Positions 45,926 through 53,476 of a stretch of 64,000 bases of DNA are shown here, in pieces (the stretch's first letter is position 1; each line of letters opens with the position of its first letter). The notes under the pieces were generated by a model. The model was given only the letters and a program-made list of their open reading frames with translations, had not been told where the DNA came from and did no database searches. The stretch comes from Candidatus Saccharimonadales bacterium (lineage in GTDB: Bacteria; Patescibacteriota; Saccharimonadia; Saccharimonadales; SZUA-47). Position numbers and translations under genes: made by a program. The DNA lies in the NCBI GenBank assembly GCA_038211855.1, contig JBBQVE010000008.1:957-64956 (forward strand), in the 5' to 3' direction.

Positions 45926-46001
45926 CGGGGATTGGCGCAGTTGGTAGCGCGCGCGGCTGGGGGTCGCGAGGTCGTGAGTTCAAGTCTCGCATCCCCGACC
46001 A
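45926..46001 (+). tRNA. tRNA-Pro (anticodon GGG)
   Basis: Acceptor CGGGGAT/ATCCCCG, anticodon stem CGCGG/TCGCG with loop CTGGGGG, T-arm GTGAG-TTCAAGT-CTCGC, encoded CCA. Confidence 0.9.
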
Positions 46002-46020
46002 TCATGTATACTTAGTGCTT

Positions 46021-46608
46021 ATGAATTCCTACGATGCAATTGTTATTTTAGGCTCGCAGCCTGATCCTGACACATGGCAGTTTCCGTCGTATATCTATGA
46101 TTGCTTGCAGCGTGCCAAATTAGTATACGATGAGGGCACTGCACCGCTTATTATCACCTCTGGAAAGTGGAGTATTGCACTCGAAAACAAAGGCATAAAA
46201 CAACCATTCCGTGAATGCGATTTGGCGGCCAACTACCTGAAACTCATCGGTATGCCAGAAGACAAAATCCTCAAGGAGGGTGAGTCGAAAGACACCATTA
46301 GTAATCTCTATTACCTAAAGACTGAGCTGTTCAAGCCGCGCGCCATGCAGCGACTTTTGTTCGTGGTGGCAGATTTTCGGGTACCAAGGCTCAAATTTTT
46401 GTGTGAACGTATCTTGGGATCTGATCACAAAGTAGAGTTTGCGTCGCTTGCTGCAGAGATAAGTGAGTCGTATGACGAGCCAAACACCATGAAGGTTCAA
46501 AAAGAGTTCCTCGAACCGATGAAAACGGGTAATCATGAATGGCTGGCTGACAAATTTTACAGCGCGCCGATGTATAAATATTGGGCAGAACACGACAAGA
46601 AGCTATGA
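46021..46608 (+). CDS. DUF218 (YdcF/ElyC-like) domain protein
   Basis: The track ORF starts at 45856 across tRNA-Pro. Trimmed to MNSYDAIVILGSQPD (195 aa). Contains PLIITSGKWS and GESKDTISN. Confidence 0.65.
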   Translation: MNSYDAIVILGSQPDPDTWQFPSYIYDCLQRAKLVYDEGTAPLIITSGKWSIALENKGIKQPFRECDLAANYLKLIGMPEDKILKEGESKDTISNLYYLKTELFKPRAMQRLLFVVADFRVPRLKFLCERILGSDHKVEFASLAAEISESYDEPNTMKVQKEFLEPMKTGNHEWLADKFYSAPMYKYWAEHDKKL

Positions 46609-47120
46609 AGATTTTGATTACTGGTAGCCCAGGGTCCGGCAAGTCAGCTGTCGCTTATGCCTTAAAAGTCGCCGGCTATGCTTCATATGATGGCGAAGAA
46701 GTGCAGGGTCTTATTCGGCTTGAGGTAAAAGCAACGAGCGAGCCAGCAGACTGGCCGGGCGGACACATTGACTGGAATTACTATGCCTGGAACATCCAAA
46801 AAGACGTTTTAAAGGATTTATTAGCTACACATCAGGATGTATTTTTAGCCCTTACCGCGAGTAATATCGACGACTTTTTACCTCTCTTTGACAAAGTGTT
46901 GGTGCTTTCCGTTCCCGACGATGAACTTAGCAGACGACTACGGGCACGTACGACGCACGAATATGGTCAAGACGACGCTGACATAACGCGATGGGTGCGG
47001 CACAACCAAAAGGTGCTAAGCAGCTATATAGAAAAAGGTGCTATTTTCATTGATAACTCGGGTGTTCTAGATATAACTGTAAGCGGTATACTAGAGCTGT
47101 GGAACAATACAAACAATTAA
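46605..47120 (+). CDS. P-loop kinase-like protein (adenylate/shikimate-kinase fold)
   Basis: Start at MKILITGSPGSGKSAVAYAL, an ATGA overlap with the upstream stop. 171 aa. Confidence 0.55.
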   Translation: MKILITGSPGSGKSAVAYALKVAGYASYDGEEVQGLIRLEVKATSEPADWPGGHIDWNYYAWNIQKDVLKDLLATHQDVFLALTASNIDDFLPLFDKVLVLSVPDDELSRRLRARTTHEYGQDDADITRWVRHNQKVLSSYIEKGAIFIDNSGVLDITVSGILELWNNTNN

Positions 47121-47914
47121 AATTTGAGCATCAGCAGGCCTTAGATATTCGGTCGGGGCGTAAGTCGGCAACTTTTCGATTCTTTGATGACAAGAACATT
47201 CGTGTAGGTGACTCCCTCGAAATCATTGATAAGGTCGAAAGCGATAATCCGGCATCATGGCAGAAAATCGGTACGATACGCGTCACGGAAGTCCTCGAAA
47301 AACTCGTGCAAGATATTTATGCCGGTGACTGGGCGGGTACCGAAACGTATTCAAATTTAGAAGACTTCTTGCAGACCATGCGCGATCTATACAAGCAGCC
47401 AATCGAACTCCAAACGCCCCTGAAAATCATCCGTTTTACGTTTGAACCTTACCAAAAGCCGTTAGCGTTTTTGAATGAAGGGCAGGACGCAGGTCAGCTT
47501 CCAGACGAAGTAAAACTCTACGCTGATGGCGGTTCGCGTGGCAATCCTGGGCCTTCAGCCGGTGGCTTTATCATCCTCGATATGAACGATGTGGTGCTGC
47601 GAGCCAGTAGTAAATTCTTAGGTATCACCACCAACAACCAAGCCGAATATCACGCCCTCAAAGGCGGTCTAGAACTCTGCCATAAAGATCACGCCAAAGT
47701 AGTGCATGTGTATATGGATTCGCTACTCGTCGTAAACCAGATGAAAGGCATTTTTAAAGTTAGTAATAGGGAACTCTGGCCAATTCATGACGCCATTAAA
47801 AAAAATGCTGAACAGTTCAAGTCTGTGCAATTTACCCATGTACCTCGTGAACTGAATCGTCTCGCTGATGCCGAAGTTAACAAAGCCCTCGACGCCATCA
47901 AAGCAGAGAATTAG
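47099..47914 (+). CDS. rnhA: ASCH-like domain fused to RNase HI
   Basis: 271 aa. The C-terminal half carries LYADGGSRGNPGPSAGG, NNQAEYHAL, VYMDSLLVVNQM and NRLADAEVN (DEDD set). The N-terminal ~120 aa (IRSGRKSATFRFFDDKNIRVGD) is ASCH/PUA-like. Confidence 0.8.
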   Translation: MEQYKQLKFEHQQALDIRSGRKSATFRFFDDKNIRVGDSLEIIDKVESDNPASWQKIGTIRVTEVLEKLVQDIYAGDWAGTETYSNLEDFLQTMRDLYKQPIELQTPLKIIRFTFEPYQKPLAFLNEGQDAGQLPDEVKLYADGGSRGNPGPSAGGFIILDMNDVVLRASSKFLGITTNNQAEYHALKGGLELCHKDHAKVVHVYMDSLLVVNQMKGIFKVSNRELWPIHDAIKKNAEQFKSVQFTHVPRELNRLADAEVNKALDAIKAEN

Positions 47915-47928
47915 GGTATACTGTAAAG

Positions 47929-48295
47929 GTCTGCCACGTGGCTTATCGCGTGCCGCAAGGTACGAGGAAAGTCCGGGCCGCATAGGGGAAGACAGTTGCT
48001 AACGGCAACCGGGAGCAATCCTATGGAAAGTGCCACAGAAACGACACTGCCCACTGCTTCTGCAAAGAAGTAAGAGCGATGGTGAAAAGAGTGGGGTAAG
48101 AGCCCACATGTTGTGCAGGTGACTGCATGATACGGTAAACCCTGTCTGCTGCAAGGAGATATGTCAACAATAGGTCCCCGCCGTTGGCAGATCATAAGAT
48201 CCGCTCGATCCTCGGAGCAATCCGAGGGCTAGATAGATGATAAGCCGACCGGTGTAAAAGCCGGCTGACAAAACCCGGCTTATAGCGTGACAGAC
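47929..48295 (+). ncRNA. rnpB: RNase P RNA, bacterial type A
   Basis: GAGGAAAGTCCGGGC, ACAGAAACGAC, GGTAAGAGCCCAC and ACAAAACCCGGCTTAT universal blocks. P1 pairing gtctgccacg / cgtgacagac. Confidence 0.9.
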
Positions 48296-48297
48296 AC

Positions 48298-48326
48298 TAA
48301 AAAACCTCCTACAAAGGAGGTTTTTT
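48298..48326. terminator. Bidirectional terminator between rnpB and rplT
   Basis: A-run-aacctcct-acaa-aggaggtt-T6. Confidence 0.8.
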
Positions 48327-48343
48327 AGTTCACAAAAATCTCT

Positions 48344-48688
48344 TTATTTAGTTGCAGCTTTGAGGACGGCTTCAAAAGCAGCCGGTTCATTGACGGCAAG
48401 TTCAGCCAAAACCTTACGGTCGAGGTCGATCTTGGCGTCTTTCAGGCCTTTGATTAAGGCACTATAAGTAACACCATGGATGCGGGCTGCGGCATTGATA
48501 CGGGCGTTCCACAATTGGCGGAACGTTCGCTTGCGCTCACGGCGGTCGCGGTGGGCATTCTCAAGAGCCTTAATAAGACTCTGGCGACCACGCTTAATAC
48601 TGACACGGTTACTGTGGGTAAAGCCTTTGGTGCCTTTGCGGATCTTATTGTGGCGGGCGCGGCTGGTGACACCTCTCTTGACTCTCAT
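48344..48688 (-). CDS. rplT: 50S ribosomal protein L20
   Basis: [23 protein letters not shown]... Confidence 0.95.
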   Translation of the reverse strand: MRVKRGVTSRARHNKIRKGTKGFTHSNRVSIKRGRQSLIKALENAHRDRRERKRTFRQLWNARINAAARIHGVTYSALIKGLKDAKIDLDRKVLAELAVNEPAAFEAVLKAATK

Positions 48689-48885
48689 TATTTGGCTCCT
48701 AAGCGTAGTTTCATATTCTTCGCTGTCTTTCCGGTGATGGTCGACAGGCCGGCAAACGTTCGCTTGCGGCTCTTGCTTTTGTGCTCCAGCAAATGATTGC
48801 CTGAAGCGTTACGGCGCATGACTTTACCGTTCTTGGTGATACGAATGCGGTCTTTGGTGCCGCTATGCGTTTTTAGTTTTGGCAT
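48688..48885 (-). CDS. rpmI: 50S ribosomal protein L35
   Basis: [25 protein letters not shown]... Confidence 0.9.
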   Translation of the reverse strand: MPKLKTHSGTKDRIRITKNGKVMRRNASGNHLLEHKSKSRKRTFAGLSTITGKTAKNMKLRLGAK

Positions 48886-49399
48886 TGTTGGTACTCCTTA
48901 TGACGAATCCTAATTGTTTGCCGGCGAATTGTGGTTGTTGGTCGACGCCGATGGTATCTCCGAAACTTTCGATGATACGGTCGGCGAGCTTAAACCCAAT
49001 TTCTTTGTGAGCCAGTTCGCGTCCACGGTAGACAACCATTATCTTTACTTTGTGGCCAGCATCGAGAAATTCAGTAATCTTTCTTCGCTTGACCTCAAGG
49101 TCGTTGTCGCTAATCTTCAAGCCGAACCGCATTTGCTTCACATCAAAAGTTTTGGCACTGCGTTTGTTCTTCTGCAGCTGCTTGGTCTTCTGGTAGTTGT
49201 ACTTGCCCCAATCGATGATCTTGGCGACTGGCGGACTCGCGTCAGGGGAAATTTCGACTAAGTCGAGCTCGGCGGCACGGGCGGCTGATAAAGCTTCCTC
49301 GCGGCTAAGCACCCCTAATTGCGATCCGTCTTCACCGATCACACGGATTTGCTGGGCACGGATTGACTCGTTGATACGAGTGAATTTGTTAATGGTCAA
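48863..49399 (-). CDS. infC: Translation initiation factor IF-3
   Basis: 178 aa containing INESIRAQQIRVIGEDGSQLGV. Non-AUG (TTG) start preceded by GGGAG. Classic infC-rpmI-rplT order. Confidence 0.92.
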   Translation of the reverse strand: MTINKFTRINESIRAQQIRVIGEDGSQLGVLSREEALSAARAAELDLVEISPDASPPVAKIIDWGKYNYQKTKQLQKNKRSAKTFDVKQMRFGLKISDNDLEVKRRKITEFLDAGHKVKIMVVYRGRELAHKEIGFKLADRIIESFGDTIGVDQQPQFAGKQLGFVIRSTNNAKTKNA

Positions 49400-49480
49400 T
49401 GACTCCCACGGCGCTTACTTTTTATTCCTCATGATTTTAACAGATTGACCACCGAATGACAAGGGGGCAGAGCACATTGT

Positions 49481-49816
49481 TTAAAAGTACCAAGGTGACG
49501 CGTTGAGCGACGCCAGGGTCATAAAGTAAATTAGGACGACAGTGAGAATGAGAGTCAAGACCAGAAGACCAACTGCGCCAGCAATACTCCAGCCCAGTCG
49601 TTCTTTTTTGCTCCTCAGATAACGCGCAAGGAGAAATAACAAAATTACTCCCCAGACAGCAGAGGTAACGTTCGTTGCATGATTAGCACGTAGTTGGTCG
49701 TTAGATGGCGAAGTCAATGGGTTGATACGCGTCCAGTCGTTGAGAATGACGAGCCACATAAGTTGCGCCCCGAGGAGGAAAGGTGGAATTATTCTGGCTA
49801 CCGTGCGACGCTTCAT
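49481..49816 (-). CDS. Hypothetical membrane protein
   Basis: 111 aa with 3 TMs. Confidence 0.5.
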   Translation of the reverse strand: MKRRTVARIIPPFLLGAQLMWLVILNDWTRINPLTSPSNDQLRANHATNVTSAVWGVILLFLLARYLRSKKERLGWSIAGAVGLLVLTLILTVVLIYFMTLASLNASPWYF

Positions 49817-49821
49817 TACAG

Positions 49822-51339
49822 TTATAGTAACAGGCTTTTTGGTCGATATTGCAAAGCTTCGCCGATATGGGCGGTGGTGATGACTTTGCTTTGTTCTAAG
49901 TCGGCAATCGTACGAGCGATTTTGATGGTTTTGAGATAGACGCGTGCCGACAGCTGTAATTTAGCGGCGGCGGTGTTCAGTAGGGCTTCGGCGGTTGTCT
50001 CGAGCTGCGCTAATGCTTTGATTTGGCGCGTAGAAGCTGAAGCATTCAATGTCTCATTATTTTTGTAGCGGACGGCCTGAGCGGCTCGTACGCGTTCCAC
50101 GACCGAACGCAAACGAGTACTGTCAGTCTGAGCTGTGTTGTTTTTGAGTAAACCGTCATGTTCGACCGCATCGACCGTCAGATGAATATCGATACGGTCT
50201 TGGATTGGGCCTGAAATCTTTTTGTTGTAGTGCTGGATTTGTGCAGCCGTGCAGGTGCATTCATGTGAGCTACCCAGGTAACCACAGGGACATGGGTTGC
50301 GAGTTGCGACCAGCATGAACTTGGCAGGGAATTCCACTGTTTCTCGGGCGCGGGCGACGCTGATGATGCCATCTTCGAGCGGCTGACGGAGTGCTTCAAT
50401 CGTAGAACGGCGAAACTCCGGTAGCTCGTCCAAAAACAACACGCCGCCATTGGCCATGGTAATTTCGCCCGGCTTTGGATTGCCGCCGCCGCCAATAATC
50501 GCCATGTCACTGGCACTGTGATGGGGTGACCGAAAAGGCCGTTTGTAGATAACACCAAGTGGTTCTTTGGTACCGAGACTGTGCAAATGGGTGATTTGTA
50601 GGGCCTCCTCACGAGAGAGGCCTGGCAGTAGTCCGGGCAGTGTGCGCGCCAACATGCTCTTGCCCATGCCCGGCGGCCCGCTAAACAAGATATTATGTCC
50701 ACCTGCTGCAGCAATCAATATCGCTCGTTTGGCTCGCTCTTGGCCGACGACCTCGGCAATGTCGACTTCAACCCGCTCTTGTTGGGCCGGCGCTTCATAC
50801 CAGCCGGCATCAGTTTCGATGAGATCTAGTGGATCTGCGCCCGTAAAATGCAGGTAAAGTTGCTTGAGCGAAGTAATTGGTAACACGGTGAGTTTTGGCA
50901 CAAGTCGGGACTGCGACAAGTTTCCTTCCGGGACGACCATTACTGTCATGCCAGCTTTACGGGCAGCCAATAGTTTGCCAACGATGCCGCGGATTGGATG
51001 CACAGTACCATCAAGGCCAAGTTCACCAAAAAACGCTGTTTCGGCAGGACAAGTAATGGCTTTAGTTGCCTTCAGAAGAGCAGCGGCAATCGCCACGTCG
51101 AAACTACTGCCAAGTTTCTGTAGATCAGCCGGTGCTAGGTTGATTGTCACGCGCTTTTTTGGAAATTGCAGATCAGAGCTACTAAACGCCGCCCGCAGAC
51201 GTTCTCTTGATTCGTCGACGGATTTGTTGGTCATACCGACAACGGTGACGTTCGGTAACCCGTTCGTTATGTGACATTCTATGTCGATTAGCAGCCCTTC
51301 GCCACCGACAATCTGCACAGAGTGTGTCTTAGAGCTCAT
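49822..51339 (-). CDS. comM: ComM/YifB Mg-chelatase-like AAA+ protein
   Basis: 505 aa. N-terminal Lon-like domain, Walker A GPPGMGKSMLA, LFLDELPEF, and a Cys cluster CPCGYLGS..HECTC. Confidence 0.88.
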   Translation of the reverse strand: MSSKTHSVQIVGGEGLLIDIECHITNGLPNVTVVGMTNKSVDESRERLRAAFSSSDLQFPKKRVTINLAPADLQKLGSSFDVAIAAALLKATKAITCPAETAFFGELGLDGTVHPIRGIVGKLLAARKAGMTVMVVPEGNLSQSRLVPKLTVLPITSLKQLYLHFTGADPLDLIETDAGWYEAPAQQERVEVDIAEVVGQERAKRAILIAAAGGHNILFSGPPGMGKSMLARTLPGLLPGLSREEALQITHLHSLGTKEPLGVIYKRPFRSPHHSASDMAIIGGGGNPKPGEITMANGGVLFLDELPEFRRSTIEALRQPLEDGIISVARARETVEFPAKFMLVATRNPCPCGYLGSSHECTCTAAQIQHYNKKISGPIQDRIDIHLTVDAVEHDGLLKNNTAQTDSTRLRSVVERVRAAQAVRYKNNETLNASASTRQIKALAQLETTAEALLNTAAAKLQLSARVYLKTIKIARTIADLEQSKVITTAHIGEALQYRPKSLLL

Positions 51340-51419
51340 GCCGTTGCCCAGCCTTCAGGAAAGAAGGGCCAGCAGCAGGGCACGATTAATTTGATTTTTG
51401 GGCGCTTACTAAGACTCAT
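51336..51419 (-). CDS. Small upstream ORF (27 aa; 40 aa if started at 51458) translationally coupled to comM
   Basis: GGGAG (51431..51427) lies 7 nt before ATG 51419. Its stop TGA 51338..51336 overlaps the comM ATG 51339..51337 (ATGA). comM has no SD of its own and its frame closes 6 codons upstream. Peptide MSLSKRPKIKLIVPCCWPFFPEGWATA. Confidence 0.4.
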   Translation of the reverse strand: MSLSKRPKIKLIVPCCWPFFPEGWATA

Positions 51420-51735
51420 ATGAGTACTCCCTAAATTAGATTTGATTGTGTAGAACATACCGCCTTTTGCAGTAGGTGATCGCATCATTACACATGGACT
51501 TTGGCTACTGCAAGCACAAGCGTTTCAAGGAGTGAGAAAAATTACAGGGAAAGTAAAAGGCCCCAGCCTTTTTATTAGATGGAGCCCCTTACTTTTGTAG
51601 TTTTTTTGTCTTGTATTTTAGGTTTTTGCCTGACGCACCCGACCATTTGTTTGAATGGAACAACGGCTTGCGAGAAGCCGTTGTTACAGATGCGTTTTTA
51701 TTTTTGAGCACTTTTTTTATTCAAGTGCTATGCAT

Positions 51736-51764
51736 ATCCTACAAAGCATTAGCGCTGAAGTCAA
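51736..51764 (-). promoter_or_regulatory. Candidate promoter for the sORF-comM transcript
   Basis: Read on the minus strand: TTGACT (51764..51759), 17-nt spacer, TAGGAT (51741..51736). It would give a ~300-nt structured 5' UTR. Confidence 0.35.
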
Positions 51765-52350
51765 CAACAATTTTTAAGATTTTCTACCCACCAGGCAACT
51801 TTTCTACATCGAACGTTTTACATACTGCAAGATCCTATCTGATAAAACATTAGAAAAACCTGAATTGGTACGATACGGCTGGTGAAAAATTCCTCCAAAA
51901 AAAGTATTTTTTGTTTGTCAAAAACTGCAGACGAGCCATAAAACTTGAACTACTTTGTATTGATAGGCACGCATTGGCCACCATCACACCCACTTCCAGC
52001 GACCGCGGCACTCACTGCAAGCGTTTCCAATGATTCTTCCATGAATGTACAGAAAAACCGCACACAGCGGTCATGATTGTTGCAACGCAACAGCTGAGGC
52101 CTCCTTAGGAGAAATCATAAAATCGCTCCAATAGTGGCGAGCCTTGCTGCTGCTTGCGACGAGCCAAGTCTCCAGGAGGGGGCTTTGCGATACCCGTTTG
52201 CAGTAAGTAGGGCAACAAGCAGCATGCTTACTATATGTATGCAGTTTTTAAGCGAAATAGGGGTACTTCACATATAGTTACTGATGTTAAAAAAGCAACT
52301 TTATATATTATTAAATTATAGATCTGTAACTCCTTAATACAGTGTTGGTA
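51765..52350. other. ORF-free segment containing a ~190-nt element closed by a long-range helix
   Basis: No ORF of 60 aa or more. ACTGCAAGCG (52014..52023) pairs with CGTTTGCAGT (52195..52204). Nested helices at 52030..52040/52108..52118, 52058..52070 and 52079..52091. Strand and function unknown. Confidence 0.3.
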
Positions 52351-52575
52351 TGCTATTTATTACAACGTAAATTTGCATAAATAAGTATTGCTATTTTTAA
52401 ATATGTATGCTAATAATAGTGGAGTCAGGAAAAAACATAAAAACAATAAATATATCGTTCTTCTCGGCCTTAAAGCCCCGAAGAGCGGTCAGTCACACCA
52501 GCGGGAAGCAACTGCCTAATAGTTAATTTATAGCGGCGGATTTGCTTCCCCTGGTTCCTAGAATCTCCTTTGTAG
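52351..52575 (+). promoter_or_regulatory. AT-rich triple extended -10 region plus structured leader upstream of the ATPase operon
   Basis: TGCTATTTAT (52351), TGCTATTTTT (52389) and TGCTAATAAT (52408) resemble the TGCTATACT promoters seen elsewhere in the window. Hairpins at 52460..52485 and 52503..52550 (9-bp GGGAAGCAA/TTGCTTCCC base). Confidence 0.35.
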
Positions 52576-52611
52576 AAATTGTGCCTAGGGTATGGGCACA
52601 ATTTTTATTTT
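52576..52611 (+). terminator. Intrinsic terminator 12 nt before the start codon of the next gene
   Basis: 10-bp stem aaattgtgcc / ggcacaattt, 8-nt loop, then TT-A-TTTTT. ATG at 52623. Confidence 0.55.
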
Positions 52612-52622
52612 TGTGAGAAGAT

Positions 52623-52970
52623 ATGATAAGAGTTATGAATAGAAAACGTCTCACCATCTTTGTTATCAGTCTGTTGGTCTTCTTGGTGTTCATCCTGACA
52701 ACTTCACCGTATCGTTTGCCACTTATCCTTATAGTCGTACCTGGAGCCGCTTTTATTATTGCCGTTCACAGCATCTTGTCGCTGTCTGCGGATAAGGTAC
52801 CTATCCAGCCAAAAGCTGCCCGCAGCCTCGTTACTGTCCTGACGATCATCTTATCGGTGCTTGCTGTCTTACTCTCGGTCGGGCAGCTGACCTTCCGTGA
52901 TTTTGCGTTATTGCTAGCACTGGCATTATTCGGCATGTTTTATTTGTCGCGTATGGGAGATAAAGGATGA
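52623..52970 (+). CDS. Small 4-TM membrane protein
   Basis: 115 aa with four hydrophobic helices. No SMR or CrcB signature seen. Confidence 0.55.
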   Translation: MIRVMNRKRLTIFVISLLVFLVFILTTSPYRLPLILIVVPGAAFIIAVHSILSLSADKVPIQPKAARSLVTVLTIILSVLAVLLSVGQLTFRDFALLLALALFGMFYLSRMGDKG

Positions 52971-53019
52971 TGCAAAAAAGCGACAAGTCTTTCTACTTTT
53001 AAGCAGTTACTTTATACTT

Positions 53020-53436
53020 ATGACTATGGAACCGCAGGAAACGAAGTCAGAAAATTTTGAACTGCCGCACCCGTCAGGTGGGGCTACACCAGAGATGGGG
53101 ACTGGCTCGCCGGAGCATGGGGCAGCACCGGAACAACACAGTGCGCCAGGGGCCGGCGATCCGGCTGGCACGGCAACGGCTGCAATGACTGCCGCACCCG
53201 ATCCGCTCACGGTGCTCGGCAGTACGACGCCATCGACGCACACTATCTCTGGTCACGCTGCTGGACTCACAGCTGAGGATGCCGATCTTATTGAAAAAAC
53301 GTGGGTAGAGAAAGCCAAGCAAATCGTAGCGCAGACACACGGCGACCCCTATACGCAGAACAATGAAATCAATAAGGTGAAGGCCGATTACATCAAAAAA
53401 AGGTACAATAAAGATATTAAGCTCGCAAGTGAATAA
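53020..53436 (+). CDS. Hypothetical protein with a disordered P/A/G-rich N-terminus and a helical C-terminus
   Basis: 138 aa with C-terminal DADLIEKTWVEKAKQIVAQTHGDPYTQNNEINKVKADYIKKRY. Confidence 0.5.
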   Translation: MTMEPQETKSENFELPHPSGGATPEMGTGSPEHGAAPEQHSAPGAGDPAGTATAAMTAAPDPLTVLGSTTPSTHTISGHAAGLTAEDADLIEKTWVEKAKQIVAQTHGDPYTQNNEINKVKADYIKKRYNKDIKLASE

Positions 53437-53476
53437 GGCCGGAAAAGAGCGCAGCTCTAAGGTGTAAAATAAGACT

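Noticed and set aside
45856-46020. N-terminal extension of the 250-aa ORF
   Set aside because: The extension reads straight through tRNA-Pro (45926..46001). A clean ATG at 46021 gives a normal DUF218-like N-terminus.
47911-48195. 94-aa minus-strand ORF in the track
   Set aside because: It lies entirely within the RNase P RNA gene (47929..48295), whose universal sequence blocks are unambiguous. It has no SD and a Cys/His/Pro-rich nonsense composition.
51414-51425. Perfect 12-bp palindrome ACTCATATGAGT as an operator upstream of comM
   Set aside because: It contains the start codon of the coupled small ORF (cATATG). From sequence alone I cannot separate a protein-binding role from coding or RBS context, so it is not reported as a site.
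51611-51853. 80-aa ORF, the only track ORF in the desert
   Set aside because: It has a TTG start with no SD and a Phe/Leu-rich composition driven by T-tracts. It runs across the 11-bp hairpin and T-rich tract, and the minus-strand promoter box lies within it.
52240-52440. AT-rich block as a replication origin (gyrB and gyrA are nearby)
   Set aside because: I found no TTATCCACA-type DnaA boxes on either strand and no dnaA or dnaN in the window. The block is better explained by tandem extended -10 promoter-like boxes.
52403-52523. tmRNA tag-like frame ending ...REATA followed by a double stop TAATAG
   Set aside because: There is no tRNA-like acceptor or T-arm and no ...CCACCA 3' end. Only about 90 nt remain before a terminator and the next gene. 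The tail is not a typical A-L-A-A-type degron.
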